Notes: generated by a model not told the origin, from the sequence alone. A DNA stretch of 64,000 nt from Centroscyllium fabricii (GCA_051313645.2 JBNRSN020000027.1:53320001-53384000), one strand, 5' to 3'. Positions 11,982 to 25,190 are shown, numbered from the stretch's first letter. Translations and numbers: made by a program.

Positions 11982-12775
11982 ACATAAGAATATAAACTAA
12001 GAACATAAGAAATAGGAGCAGGAGTCGGCCATTCGACCCCTTGAGCCTGCTCCGCCATTCAATAAGATCATGGCTGATCTACCTCATCTCCACTTTCCTG
12101 AACTAACCCATATCCCTTGATTCCCTTATTATTCAAAAATCTATCGATCTCAGCCTTGAATATACTCAACGACTGAGCCTCCACAGCTCTCTGGGGTAGA
12201 GAATTCCAAAGATTCACCACCCTCTGAGTGAAGAAATTTCTCCTTATCTCAGTCCTAAATGGCCGACCCCTTATTCTGAGACTGTGACCCCTGGTTCTAG
12301 ACTCTCCAGCCAGGGGAAACATCCTCCCTGCATCTACCCTGTCAAGCCCTGTAAGAATGTTGTATGTTTCAATGAGATTCCCTCTCATTCTTCTAAACTC
12401 TAGAGAATATATCATAGAATCATAGAATCCCTACAGTGCAGATAGAGGCCATTTCGGCCCATCAAGCCTGCACCGACACATATCCCACCCTATCCCCGTA
12501 AACCCACATATTCAATTCCCCTAACACTAAGGGTCAATTTATCATGGCCAATCAACCTAACCCGCACATCTTTGGACTGTGGGAGGAAACCGGAGCACCC
12601 GGAGGAAACCCACGCAGACACGGGGGGAATGTGCAAACTCCACACAGATAGTCACCCGAGGCCGGATTTGAACCCGGGTCCCTAGCGCTGTGAGGCAACA
12701 GTGCTAACCACTGTGCCACCATGCCGCCCTAGTATAGGCCTAGTCTACTCAATCTCTCCTCATGGGACAATCCCA
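11982..12775 (-). mobile_element. CR1 3' fragment interrupted by an HE1 SINE
   Basis: ORF YSLEFRRMRGNLIETY...FFTQRVVNLWNSLP; (CTTATGTT)n tail. Confidence 0.85.
12411..12729 (-). mobile_element. HE1-type tRNA-derived SINE, canonical tail
   Basis: Head GGGCGGCATGGTGGCACAGTGGTTAGCACTG (box A) and GGTTCAAATCC (box B); V-domain-like TGTGGAGTTTGCACATTC...GGTTTCCTCCGGGTGCTCCGG; (ATTCTATG)n tail. Confidence 0.85.
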
Positions 12776-13080
12776 GGAACATATCTTCCCTTCTGCAGTG
12801 CTGTCCCCGTACCTTGTTCTCGCATTCTCTGGAGATTGCCTGATAACATTACCCAGACCATGACATCCAGTCAACTTATTCTCTATCATTGTGAGCACTG
12901 AATAGAATCAATGATTTCATTGTCAGTTATAAGATGCATTCAAATGAAACTAAGAAATACCGTCACAAAATGCAACCTGTCACTTGAGGATAAGTTCGCT
13001 GGTCCTGCACTCCCAGTGGGGGGCCTCACTCGAAGGCTGGATAATAAGCCCTCCAGTGATGTAGCCCTAGCTCTGATGTT

Positions 13081-13492
13081 ACATAGAAACATAGAAACAT
13101 AGAAACTAGGAGCAGGAGTAGGCCATTCGGCCTTTCGAGCCTGCTCCGCCATTCAATGAGATCATGGCTGATCATCCAAACCCAGCACCCCGTCCCCGCC
13201 TTGTCCCCATATCCCTCGATCCCTATCAAGCCTGCACCGACACATATCCCACCCTATCCTCGTAACCCCACCCATTTAATCTCCCTAACACTAAGGGTCA
13301 ATTTATCCTGGCCAATCAACCTAACCTGCACATCTTTGGACTGTGGGAGGAAACCGGAGCACCCGGAGGAAACCCACGCAGACACGGGGAGAATGTGCAA
13401 ACTCCACACAGATAGTACCCGAGGCCAGATTTTAACCCGGGTCTCCAGAGCTGTGAGGCAACAGTGCTAACCACTATGCCACCGTGCCGCCC
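13081..13492 (-). mobile_element. Chimeric HE1 SINE with a replacement CR1 3' tail
   Basis: HE1 head and body to CAGGCTTGAT, then AGGGATCGAGGGATATGGGG...GATCAGCCATGATCTC...(TTTCTATG)n. Confidence 0.85.
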
Positions 13493-13796
13493 CTATTGAG
13501 CAGAGCTCCTCCCTGGGATTGTGCGATCGGTCATTTCACCTACATTACCAGCTGGCGTCCAAGGTTGTAAACGCCGTTTACCAGAGTGGCCACTGACCAG
13601 TGCGCTTTGATCATGCCCACGAGCTCCAAATCCAAATCTGGATTTCTCCCACAATCAAATTTGTTTTAGAAATCTTCCAGTTGTTATCTGTTGCAGCATC
13701 TGTCATATACACTGCCCTGGAAATTGAAAATAAACCCTGAATTATATTAATGGGGCGCTCTTTTCTCAAGGAAGGAGCAGGCTGAGGTGTGGCCTA

Positions 13797-14187
13797 ATAG
13801 AAACATAGAAACTAGGAGCAGGAGTCGGCCATTCGGCCCTTCGAGCCTGCTCCGCCATTCAATGAGATCCTGGCTGATCATCCAAACCCAGCACCCCGCC
13901 CCTGCCTTGTCCCCATAGCCCTCGATCCCTATCAAACCTGCATATCCCACCCTATCCCTGTAACCCCACATATTCAATCCCCCTAACACTAAGGGTCAAT
14001 TTATCCTGGCCAATCAACCTAACACGCACATCTTTGGACTGTGGGAGGAAACCGGAGCACCCGGAGGAAACCCACGCAGACACGGGGAGAATGTGCAAAC
14101 TCCACACAGATAGTACCCGAGGCCGGATTTGAACCCGGGTCTCCAGTGCTGTAAGGCAACAGTGCTAACCACTATGCCACCGTGCCG
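13797..14187 (-). mobile_element. Chimeric HE1 SINE with a replacement CR1 3' tail (second copy)
   Basis: Same structure and junction as 13081-13492. Confidence 0.85.
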
Positions 14188-14485
14188 TATTTAAGATTAT
14201 GGAAGGGTTTGATAGAATACACGTAGAGAAGATGTTTCCACTTGTGGGAGAGTCCAAAACTAGGGGCCATAAATATAAGATAGTAACCAATAAATCCAAT
14301 GGGGAATGTGGAACTCACTACCATAAGGAGTTGAGGTGACTAGCATTGAACATTTAAGGGAAAGCTGGATAAACACACGAGGGAGAAAGGAATAGAAGGT
14401 TATGCTGATAAAGTTAGATGAAGAAGGGTGGGAGGAGGCTGGTGTGAAGCATAAACACCAGCACGGATCATTTGGGCTGAATGGC

Positions 14486-14734
14486 TGTGGTAGACCGTTT
14501 ACCACCAATACTGTATTGTATATAGTTACCTCTTGTCCACCAGGGATCTACCTGGGATGCCTCAGCCGGCTCCGCCTCCTGGCTCCACCCACAGATTGAG
14601 GTATAAAGGTGGCAGCCCTGCTGACCTCGTGGCATTCCAGGATCTGATAGTGACAAGACCTGTACTCCAGTTCTTTGTTAATAAAAGCCTCAATTGCTTT
14701 ACTTCGTCGACTCACAGTAATTGACCGTGCATCA
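14486..14734 (+). mobile_element. Gypsy solo LTR inside an old CR1 3' fragment (~14190-14760)
   Basis: TGTGGTAGACC...TATAAA...AATAAAAGCC...GTGCATCA; TSD ATGGC (14481-14485, 14735-14739). Confidence 0.85.
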
Positions 14735-15135
14735 ATGGCCTGTTTCTGTGCTGTACAATCTACGTAGTTCTGTGAACTTCAAGCTTAATTTGGAAAGAAC
14801 TTTGAAACCCACGGAAAGGTACAGGTGTGGAAAGCTATGATGTTCCAACTGACTAGTCTCAAAGTAAAACGATATCAAATTACATTTAATCTCATATACG
14901 GTTCAAACTCACTCTTACTCACCAGCTGAAGAGGATGTGATTAACAAAAATGTTCTGTAATAACAATGGACTCGTATTCCAGTCAAGGGGCCTGGTTTTA
15001 CTTCATTATGTCCCCATTAGGAGGTGTCAACTTCTAACTAGCAAAATGAGAGATGGCAACTGTCAGTGATCACCGGCTTCATGATCATTGGACCAGTCAC
15101 TGTGTAAGGCAGCTAAAATATCATTTAAATCTTAC

Positions 15136-15601
15136 CTATGTAGAGGGAGGAATCCTTCCTATGAACGTGATCATCTATGTAGGACACACCAAGTGGTTGG
15201 ACTGGCGTAGCACCAATACCCAGTAGGACTTGGGCTCCAATTAGCAGTAGGTACATCATGTTGGTATTAGTCCTGTTCCTGCAGATTAATTTTGCTTCCG
15301 GTCCTTGGCTGCTCGTTGATACATTCCCAATGCACAGGTCCCTGCCTTCCATGCCCCAGGGGATCTCCCCAGTTTCATACTCATACTGGTGGGTGAGGAA
15401 CTCTGGCAGGGCAGACAGCAAAGCCCCCAGGGCCATCACGATGCCCCCGCATCCTATCAGACGTGGCCTGTGCCCCTTTGCCCCAAAGTAGCTCACAAAT
15501 AAAATCAGGGCCAAATTTCCGATCTCAAAACTGCTGGCTATGACACCGACATCAGCGCTCTGTAGGTTAAACCTCCTCTCCAGAGTCGTCAGCACGCTGA
15601 C
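15136..15601 (-). CDS. SLCO3A1: Internal coding exon (likely exon 2) of solute carrier organic anion transporter 3A1 (OATP3A1)
   Basis: Translates VSVLTTLERRFNLQSADVGVIASSFEIGNLALILFVSYFG...RPRLIGCGGIVMALG...ATPVQPLGVSYIDDHV...SSLYI(G), recognisable as OATP3A1; polypyrimidine tract and AG acceptor (15603-15602); GTAAG donor from 15135; 466 bp, phase 0 to 1. Confidence 0.93.
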
Positions 15602-16060
15602 CTGGACAAGGGGGGGAAAAGAAAGTCTGGAGTTATACAGGTGTTACACAAAGCATTTAACAGCAAGGTACTAAGCAGTCATTCAACATAGACAAATGCT
15701 ATAAGGCAGGGTAACCAGTATTGCAGAGAGCAAGCATGAAGCATCCCCCAGCTGATGCCTGGAGAAAGTTCCATGTTGCCCTGTGTGGAACTCTATACAA
15801 TGATGATGAATGAAAATAAGAGGTTGAAATAAGCATTTGGGCAGTCTCAATCCAGCTTCTCACTGTCATTGCCCATAGCGCTAAAACCTCCCCTAATTCG
15901 GCACTAAATGGCACAAAATGGGAGTACTTGCTCATAAATCTGTCGTTGGGATTAGAAAGATGTCACACTGGTTTCACCACAGAGGCTTGGAATTCAGCCT
16001 AAGCTGATGGGATGGAAGTCCACTCCGTCTGCTGGCTGTGGTTTCAAGTCCCATTCCAGA

Positions 16061-16401
16061 ACATAAGAAATAGGAACAGGAGTCGGCCATTTGGCCCTTC
16101 GAGCCTGCTCCGTCATTCAATAAGATCACGGCTGATCTTCTACCTCATCCCCACTTTCCTGCACTATCCCCATATGCCTTGATTTCCTGAATATTCAGAA
16201 ATCTATCGATCTCTGTCTTGAATATACTCAACGACTGAGCCTGCACAGCCCTCTGGGGTAGAGAATTCCAAAGATTCTTCTCCCTCTGAGTGAAGACATT
16301 TCTCCTCATCTCAGTCCTAAATGACCGACTCCTTATCCTGTGACTGTGACCCCATGTTCCAGATTCCCCAGCCAGGGGAATCATTTTCTCAGCATTAACC
16401 T
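16061..16401 (-). mobile_element. CR1 3' fragment (continues at 22411 after nested insertions)
   Basis: RGHS.RIR...FTQR...LWNSLP; TTAACCT duplicated at 16395-16401 and 22404-22410. Confidence 0.8.
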
Positions 16402-17214
16402 ATCTTCTATGTTCTATAGAATGTTAGGGGGTGGTGTGGTGTATGTGTACACAGTGCACTATATTGTGAAGCCCGGAACTTCTTGCTGTGTAAGAATACA
16501 TTGTATTGTAAAGGAGTGGGCTCCCAGTATAAATAAGGGGCGGAGCCACACTCCTCACTTCTGATGACGACCACCAGTAAAGACATGTTCATTTTATCTC
16601 TGGTGTCCTTGTATTATTATACGATATAATACAAACACAATAAATGGCGACGAGATAGCGGAACTAACCCAGCCTCACACTTTGTGGATTTCTGTTTTTA
16701 AAAAAAATGAAAGCAGAAGCATTCCAGAACCTTCCAGCAGTGGGTCTCGAGCACAGCTCTCCACCTGCTGTACAGACAGGCTGCAAAATCTCACTGAGCT
16801 AGGCCCAGCACAAAGAAAGACTGCTGAATCTTCAACCAGCCATCAAGGACCAGGCTTGGTTCTCCAGTTTCAGCGGACAGAGATGGACACAGAGGTGAAG
16901 CCAGCACACGGACTGGCTGCAGGTACAACCGTTTACTTTTTCTCAAAAACTCTCCCGACCGGCGGCACGACCAAGACAGCCTGCCTGAGTCACGGAGCGG
17001 GGAAAAACGGAAAATAAATAGGGTGGAAGTCGAGAAGCCATTGCCGGCAGCGAAGCGCTCAGCACTGATTTCTGAGCCAGGGAAAACATAGAAGGGTTTT
17101 GGCAGCGGGGCACAATTGGCACCGACCAGAAAGCCACGAACCCAGAGCAAAGGGTTGCAGGCTTGCAGGAGAGGACATTTTGATGTCTGTTATTTCTTTG
17201 GGGGATTCCGGAGA

Positions 17215-17736
17215 AAGATGGCAGCGCGTGTACACGCAGCGGCTTTGCGTCTCCGGAGGTAACGCTGTCCGCTGCAGTTCTGGGTCTGTTCGCTCGGAGA
17301 GGACGGCATGGTCGGCGAGGTGGTGTACCGGGGTCGGCGCGGCGGAGTTGTCGGAGCACCGGGGTGTCTGCGGTCGGAGTATCGGGGCGCACTGAGGCCG
17401 GCATGGTCGGAGCGCCGAGGCCGGAGGCCTTGAGGACTGAGTGTTGTAGCCGGAGCCTGAGCCTGCGAGGTCGCTGAAGTCGGGGCGCCTGGCCCTGTGT
17501 GGGTGGAGTGCCGGGGCCTTGGTCGCCGAGGTCGGAGCGCCGGAGCCTGCGTGGTTGTGACGCCGGAGGTCGGCGAGTTCGTATTGCCCGGGCCTGTATG
17601 GTTGGAACACCGGGACTGACAGACTGGGACTTCAGTAGAGGACATTTAACATCAGCGTTAACATTTGCAAAACTACATTTCGTTGTATGGTAAAAAATAG
17701 CTGTACAATGACAAATAAATTGAAAATTGAATTGAA
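17215..17736 (+). mobile_element. Non-coding GC-rich retroposon with Rex1-like tail, in the Gypsy leader
   Basis: Starts AAGATGGCAGCG, ends TGACAAATAAA(TTGAA)n; homologous to the reverse complement of 48759-49301. Confidence 0.7.
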
Positions 17737-17950
17737 GACGCCGTGCATAAGCTTTGGTGCAGCGGAGGCAATTCTGCAGACAGGACACTGGGCAAACCAA
17801 AGAAATAAATAAAGGCGCGAAAACCCTGGGGAAGAAGGACAAGGGCGGGGAAAAGTGCCATCTTTACTCAGAAAGAGTGGGAAACCCCGGTGAAGAAGGA
17901 CAAAGAGTGGGAAAAATTGCCATTTTGGAAAGGATAAAAGGGTTAAGAAA

Positions 17951-20900
17951 ATGGCCAGAAATAATAGCTTGGCAGCTTTTGACAGCGAGATTGAGAATTG
18001 GGACACATTTATCGACAGAGTCGAGATATATTGCCAAGCTAATGAAATTGATGACGATTAAAAGGCTATAACCCTTTTAAATGCGATGGGTGCGAAGACT
18101 TTCGGGCTTTTAAAAAGTTTAGCGGTGCCGACGAAACCGATTGACAAGACTTATACACAGATAGTCACATTGCTTAAGGAACATTTAAGCCCTGCACTGT
18201 TGATAATCGCTGAACGTTTTAAATTTCATCGAAGAGATCAACATAGAGGGGAGTCAAATGCGGAATAATTCTCTGAATTAAGGAAACTAGCAGACCATTG
18301 TCAATATGGAGACATGCGTACAGAACTGCTAAGAGATAGATTTGTATGTGGATTCGTCAGCGAGAGCACGCAAAAACTGCTCTTAACAAAGAAAGACTTC
18401 ACTTTGGAAACGGCTTTTAATATAGCCTTGTCCCACGAATCGGCAGATAAAAGTGCCGCGGAAATTCAACACCAACCACGGGAGCGGGAGTATGAGGCAA
18501 ACAAGATGTCTCAGAGATTTGATAGATGCTACCGATGTGGCAGAACAACACACGACCAGAAAAGCTGCTGGTTTAAAGACAAACAGTGCAGACAATGTGG
18601 CAAAATTGGCCACATTGCCAGGGTCTGTAGAGCGGGGAATAAACCGAGTAAAGAAAGTAAAATATCCCCAAAATGGACAAACACCAAGGTCCACAGAGTA
18701 ACCGAGGGTAGTTCAGACTCGGAGGACGAAAAGGGTAAAACCGACAACTCCAGCACAGACCTGGGCTCTCTTAAGCTGAACAAGGTCAGCGTAAATGACG
18801 ATCGTGAGACCATCTGGGTCAAACTTAACATTGAAAAAGTCCGACTCGACATGGAACTGGACACAGGGTCAGCCCTCACTATTATAAATAAGAGAGACTA
18901 CGAGCGGCTCTTTTCACATATTCCACTGAAACAGACGGAGATAACCTTGAAGACGTACACAGGACAGAAAGTATGCCCCAAGGGAAATTTAAAGTAACCG
19001 TACGTTACCGCGGTAGAAACATACCTAACATGTACATCTACGTCTTACAGAATGGAGGTCCGCCACTACTTGGACGTGAGTGGATCAGGAAAATCCAACT
19101 TGACTGGCGCTCCATCCAGGCACTGACCATGGAGGCCAACAGGGATGCTAGCGACAATCCAGCTAGACTGGCGGAGATACTGGACAGAACGAAAGAGGTA
19201 TTCCAGGAAGGACTAGGAACCCTTAGAGGTATGACCGCCACCATTAAGATAGAAAGAAATGCCACCCCGAAATTCTTTAAGGCAAGACCTGTGCCTTATG
19301 CCATTCACCCGGCCGTGGAGGCGGAATTAGAAATTAGAGAGCCTCGAGCGGGCAGGGGTGCTTTCTAAAGTCGAGTATAGCGAATGGGCCACGCCAATTG
19401 TACCGGTTTTGAAGAAACCCTTAAGGGATACACCGGGGGAACCACAAAAAGTTCGAATATGTGGGGACTTCAAAGTCACCGTTAACCCAGTACTGCATAC
19501 AATACAGTACCCCCTACCCAGAATCAAGGACATATTTGACTCATTGGCGGGTGGTAGACGATTCACCAAAATCGAGCTGGCCCAGGCATACCTACAAATG
19601 GAGGTTGAAGATAAATCCAAAGAGTACCTCACGATAAACACACACAAGGGACTATATAGATACAATAGGCTTGTCTTTGGGGTGGCATCGGCCCCACGAT
19701 GGACCAAGTATTACAAGGGATCCCGGGTACCCAATGCTACCTGGATGACATCCTGGTGACGGGAGAAAGCGATACAGAACACCTGGCGAACTTGGAACAG
19801 GTACTCACTCGCCTAAAGAAATATGGTCTCCAGGCAAATAGGGAAAAATGCAAATTCTTTAGCAAACGAATCGCATATTGTGGACACATCATAGATGAAG
19901 AAGGACTTCACAAGTCCCCGGACAAAATTGAAGCGGTAGTGCAGGTGCCAGCACCGGAAAATGTAATACAGTTGAGGTCTTTCCTCGGGTTGGTCAACTA
20001 CTACCACAAGTTCCTGCCGAATTTATCAACGATCTTACACCCACTCAATACCCTCCTTAAGTCAGGAGTGCAGTGGAAATGGAGTGAGGAGTGTAAAAAG
20101 GCATTCCAAAAATGTAAAGGGTTGATTACTTCTAAAGAAGTCCTGGCTCACTTAAACACAACCCTACCACTGAGGTTGGCATGTGATGCATCACCCTATG
20201 GAATCGGGGCAGTGTTATCTCACAAATGCTTGGACGGATCAGAAAGGCCAATAGCCTTCGCGTCCAGGCCATTAACCATGGCTGAGCGCAATTACACGCA
20301 GATCGATAGGGAAGCGCTCAGCCTAGTGTGGGGAGTGAAGAAGTTTAACCATTACTTGCACGGACAGAGATTTACTCTCTTAACGGATCACCAGCCCCTG
20401 GTGTCCATCTTCAACCCGACCAAAGGAGTGCCTGTAATGACAGCACAAAGACTCCAACAATGGGCACTTTTCCTAGGGGCTCATCAATATAACATCGAAT
20501 ACAAGGGCACGAAGCAACATGGAAATGCCGATGGCCTTTCACGCCTACCACTGCCTGCAGTTGAAGAAGCACCAGTAGTAGATCCGGTAGAGATTTTCCA
20601 TGCAACTATTGTTGATGCCCTACCAGTCACCAATGCCGCAATAGAGACAGAGGCTAGGAAGGACTCGACACTGTCGCGGGTGTATGATCTAACGGTATTC
20701 GGATGGCCAGCACAGGGCGCCCACTGTTGCCAGCATTTTCTGCCAGAAGAGAACAACTGTCAGTGTGCCGAGGAACCCTAATGTGCGGCACATGGGTGAT
20801 CATTCCTCCCAAACTCCAAGAAAAAGTTCTCAAAGAACTCCATGAAGGACATCTGGGGGGAGTAAAGATGAAAAGCCTCGCCAAGGCATACGTTTGGTGG

Positions 20901-21930
20901 CCATGCATAGATAAACAGATAGAGGACCTGGCCAAAGGATGCAATGGATGCCAGAAGGTCCAAAACGCGCCGCCGCCAGGGCCCCTACATCCGTGGGAGT
21001 GGCCCTCCTCTCCTTGGCAGAGGGTACACATAGACTTTGCTGGTCCATTCATGAACTCAATCTTCCTTATCGCTGTCGACGCCCACTTGAAATGGCCGGA
21101 GGTCATCAAGATGTCCTCTACCACTACAGAGAATACCATTTCGGTCTTGAGGACTATCTTCGCCAGAAATAGATTGCCAGAGCAAATATGCTCAGATAAT
21201 GGGCCTCAATTCGTGGCGGAGGAATTCAAAAATTTCATGAAAATTAATGGAATCAAACACTTCACGTCAGCACCTTATCACCCAGCCACAAATGGTCTGG
21301 CTGAATACTTCGTCCAAACCTTCAAGAAAGGTATGAAGGCAATGTGTGACGACAACAGGAAATTGCAGCATAAACTTGACTGTTTTTTGTTTGCGTACAG
21401 AAATACGGCGCATTCTGTCACAGGGCAGCCACCTTCGATACTTATGTTCAACCGACGGTTAAGGTCAAAATTGGACCTGGTGAAACCAAACATAAGGAGG
21501 GAGGTAGAAGACCAACAGTACCAGAGGGTATATGAGGAACCCATGAAACCCACTAGAAATTTTCAGGTAGGGCAGCCGGTGTTAGCCCGAGACTACTGGA
21601 CGACGGAAAAGTGGCAACCCGGAACGATAAGTGAACATCCGGGGCCACTCACATATACCGTGAATGTGGGAGACAACACAGTACGCAGACACGCCGACCA
21701 ATTATTAAGCAGATCTCAGTCACACACTCAGATTGAAGAGCACAACAGATCGCATGCATATGCTCAGACGGAAGAATACAGCAGCAAGACTGAAGACCTC
21801 ATTGAGGTGCTAGACGATACAAATCATCCTTTAGATGACAGGGATACTAGCCCACATAGAGAGCTGGAAACAAGGGAACGATGATATCCCGTGAGGGCTC
21901 AAAGGCCTCCAAAAAGGCTGAACTTGTAAT
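17951..21930 (+). pseudogene. Disrupted gag-pol of the Gypsy element
   Basis: ATG 17951 with in-frame stops at 18059 and 18266; two CCHC knuckles (CYRCGRTTHDQKSC, CRQCGKIGHIARVC); protease LDTGS; RT YLDD; RNaseH CDASPYG; integrase HHCC, DFAGP, SDNGPQF, NGLAE; frameshifts near 18990, 19340, 19700, 20710. Confidence 0.93.
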
Positions 21931-22593
21931 GACTATACACGGACAACCAAAGCAATTATCATCATCGATTGTTTACTTTCTTTTACAAATGGATGTTATC
22001 CATAAAGACAGTAATTTCAAAAGTAGTGTATTGTTTATGGTTAACAAAGATTGTATTGTATATAGTTAACAAAGATTGCTGTAAAAACTAAAAGGGGAGG
22101 AGTGTGGTGTATGTGTACACAGTACACTATATTGTGAAGCCCGGAACTTCTTGCTGTGTAAGAATACATTGTATTGTAAAGGAGTGGGCTCCCAGTATAA
22201 ATAAGGGGCGGAGCCACACTCCTCACTTCTGATGATGACCACCAGTAAAGACATGTTCATTTTATCTCTGGTGTCCTTGTATTATTATACGATGTAATAC
22301 AAACACAATAGCTGGGATAGCTAGATCTTCGTATCGGGCAATGCTCGGCACAACATTGAGGGCCGGTGGGCCTGTACTGTGCTGTACTGTTCTATGTTCT
22401 ACGTTAACCTGGTCAAGCCCCTTAAGAATCTTATCTTTCAATTAGATCACCTCTCATTCTTCTAAACGCGAGGGAATATAGGCCTAGTCTACTCAACCTG
22501 TCCTCATAGGGAATTCCCCTCATTGCAGGAACCAGTCTAGTGAACATTCGCCGACCCCTTATTCTGAGACTGTGACCCCTGGTTCTAGACTCT

Positions 22594-23188
22594 TGTGAGC
22601 TATTGGGGCAGTCTGTGGTGGATGGGTGATATGTGGCCACTAGAGGGAGTCAATGTCCCCATTTCTCTCTACCCAATTTAGGTAAATCCACCACACCTGA
22701 AGCTAATCTTCCCCTTTAGCTCAACAGTTAAAAAGGGAGCTGGAGCAGTCCTAAGTGTCTCTTGCTGGGAGGCTCTCTTTAGGGGAGAGTCTCCTGATGG
22801 GAGGCGAGCCCCGAGGGGCTCTCGCCTCTGGTTGGAAGTCTCTTTATGGGTCTCTTACAGGAGAGTTAGAAGCTTGTTGAGCCGGTCGACAGAGCCAGGA
22901 CCTCAGCCAGCAGCTGTACGACGACCAAACCACCAGGGGAAGGCCTGAGGGCCGGAGTAGAGGGCAAAGTAAACCTCGAGCTTATGACTTTGGGCGGACG
23001 TGTGTAAAGGACGTATTGATTTAAACCTTTTGAGAAGACGAAGGACTCTGTAAGACGGGGGAATTGGGGCCCCGATGTTTGAATAAACCACAGCCAAGGG
23101 CTGCTTTCAGTAGACAACGTGTATTGTGCTTATGTCCTCCGACCCCGTGATGTCATTTCCCCTCTGACTCGGGAACGGGGTTGTCACA
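22594..23188 (+). mobile_element. 595-bp solo LTR (Gypsy or ERV-type) inside a minus-strand CR1
   Basis: TGTGA...TCACA termini; 4-bp TSD CTCT; AATAAA near 23082; host CR1 reads through when it is removed. Confidence 0.75.
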
Positions 23189-23402
23189 CTCTCCAGCCGG
23201 GGGGAACATCCTCTCTGCATCTATCCTGCCAAGCCCTGTAAGAATGTTGTATGTTTCAATGAGATCACCTCTCATTCTTCTAAACTCTAGAGAATATAGG
23301 CCTCGTCTACTCAATCTGTCCTCATAGGACAATCCCCCCATCCCAGGAATCAGTCTGGTGAACCTTCGTTGCACTCCCTCTATGGCAAGTACAGTATATC
23401 CT

Positions 23403-23711
23403 TCATAGAATCCCTACAGTGCAGATAGAGGCCATTTCGTCCCATCGAGCCTGCACCGACACATATCCCACCCTATCCCCGGAACCCCACATATTTAATC
23501 CCCCTAACACTAAGGGTCAATTTATCATGGCCAATCAACCTAACCCGCACATCTTTGGACTGTGGGAGGAAACCGGAGCACCCGGAGGAAACCCACGCAG
23601 ACATGGGGAAAATGTGCAAACTCCACGCAGATACTCACCCGAGGCCGGATTTGAACCCGGGCCCCTAGCGCTGTGAGGCAACAGTGCTAACCACTATGCC
23701 TCCGTGCCGCC
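23403..23711 (-). mobile_element. HE1-type SINE, canonical tail
   Basis: Closely similar to 12411-12729. Confidence 0.85.
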
Positions 23712-23937
23712 TCAACGCTCCTGCTTCATAGAAACTTGGAAACATAGAAGATAGGAGCAGGAGTAGGCCACTAGGCCCCTTGAGCCTGCTCCGCCATTCA
23801 ATGAGATCATGGCTGATCATCCAAACCCAGTACCCCGCCCCTGCCCTCTCCCCACATCCCTTGATCCCGAGTTAAGGAGACCAAAACTGTACACGATACT
23901 CCAGGTGTGGTTTCAACAGAGCCCTATATAATTGCAG

Positions 23938-24058
23938 TAAGATGTCTTTACTCTTCTATTCAAAAGACATCTTTACTCTTATACTCATAGACGTCTTTAC
24001 TCTTATACTCAAAAGACATCTTTACTCTTATACTCATAGATGTCTTTACTCTTATTCT
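23938..24058. repeat. Short tandem repeat (~24-25-bp unit, ~5 copies) derived from CR1 coding sequence
   Basis: GACATCTTTACTCTTATACTCAWA units; minus strand reads EYKSKDV repeatedly, adjacent to a CR1 fragment. Confidence 0.7.
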
Positions 24059-24084
24059 TAAAAGCTTATGCAACAAGGCTGATA

Positions 24085-25190
24085 CTCCAGTACTGTACTG
24101 AGGGAGGCCTGCATTGTTGGAGTTGCGATTCTTCAGATGAGGCATTGAACCGATGCACTGTCGTCCTGTTCCTGTGGTTATCTGAAAAATAGAAGTGATT
24201 TGTCCCTGTGACTCAACCAATATTTATCCCTCAATGATTCATGCTGAAGTGAGTTTGGGAATCTGAATCTCATTCCTGGTTTACGTGTGGAAGACAACCC
24301 CTGATTCAGCACTAAATGATCTCCTTAACGGTATCAGCTAGCCTTGTCTGGTAGCACTCTCCGTCTGAGTTACAAGGCTGTGAATTCATTCCCAGTTCAG
24401 GGTGATACATCAGTGCAGTATTGATATTGTGCTGCATTGTTGGAAGTACCATCCTTCAGATTAGGCAATAAAGCAAAACGCTGTCTGCCCGCTCCTGTGG
24501 TTTAGATGGACATGAAAGATCCCATGACACCATTCAAAGAATAGAAGAGAGATCTCCTCGTGTCTTGGCCAAGGTTCCTCCCTCAACTGACACACCTAAA
24601 ATTAGATTACCTGGTCATTCATCTCATTGCTGTTTGTGACATCTTGCCATGTGCAAATCGGCGACCACATCTGCTTACACAACAGTTAAAAAGAAAGAAC
24701 TTGCATTTCTATAGCGTCTTTTCATGACCTCAGGATATCCCAAAGAGCTTTACAGCCAATGAAGTACTTTTTGAAGTGTAGTCACTGTTGTAATACAGCC
24801 AACTTGCACACAGCAAGATCCCACAAACAGCAGTAAAATGAAAGAACGGCTAATCTATTTTGGTGCTGTTGGTTGAGGGTGGAATGTTGACTGGGACAGC
24901 ACCTCAGCACTTCTTCACACAGTGCTATGGGATCTTTTATATTCACTTGAGAGGGCAGATAGGGCCTCAGTTTATCATTTTTTCCAAAGGGCGGTGCCTT
25001 CAACAGCACAGCATTCCCCAGTAAAGAAAGACCTGCATTTAGAAAGCACCTTTCACAACCTCGGGATGTCCAAAGTGCTTCACAGCCAATGAAGTACTTT
25101 AAAAAAGAAGTATTCACTGTTGCAATGTAGAAAACGCAGCAGCGAATTTGCACACAGCAAACTCCCACAAACTGTAATTTGAAAATGACC
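24085..25190. mobile_element. Cluster of old Deu-domain SINE fragments (SacSINE/AmnSINE-like) with L2-type tails
   Basis: Motifs GGGATCTTTTA...GAGAGGGCAGA...GGCCTCAGTTTA and CCAATATTTATCCCTCAA in both orientations. Confidence 0.55.

Larger units (their letters stand above)
16435..22310 (+). mobile_element. Full-length, decayed Ty3/Gypsy LTR retrotransposon (Mag-like)
   Basis: 208-bp LTRs 16435-16642 and 22103-22310 with 3 substitutions; PBS TGGCGACGAG at 16645 (tRNA-Ser(GCU)-type); PPT AAAAGGGGAGGAG 22090-22102; TSD GGTGG/GCTGG. Confidence 0.95.

Noticed and set aside
12660-12729. tRNA genes at SINE heads
   Set aside because: Boxes A and B are present but continue into SINE body and tail
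15125-15595. ORF-track 156-aa protein as a standalone gene
   Set aside because: It is an internal exon bounded by splice sites at 15601 and 15136; the listed start is a GTG within the exon and the stop is intronic
16943-17842. 299-aa antisense ORF in the Gypsy leader as an accessory or env gene
   Set aside because: Low-complexity Pro/Arg-rich reading of the inserted GC-rich retroposon; no env-like features recognised
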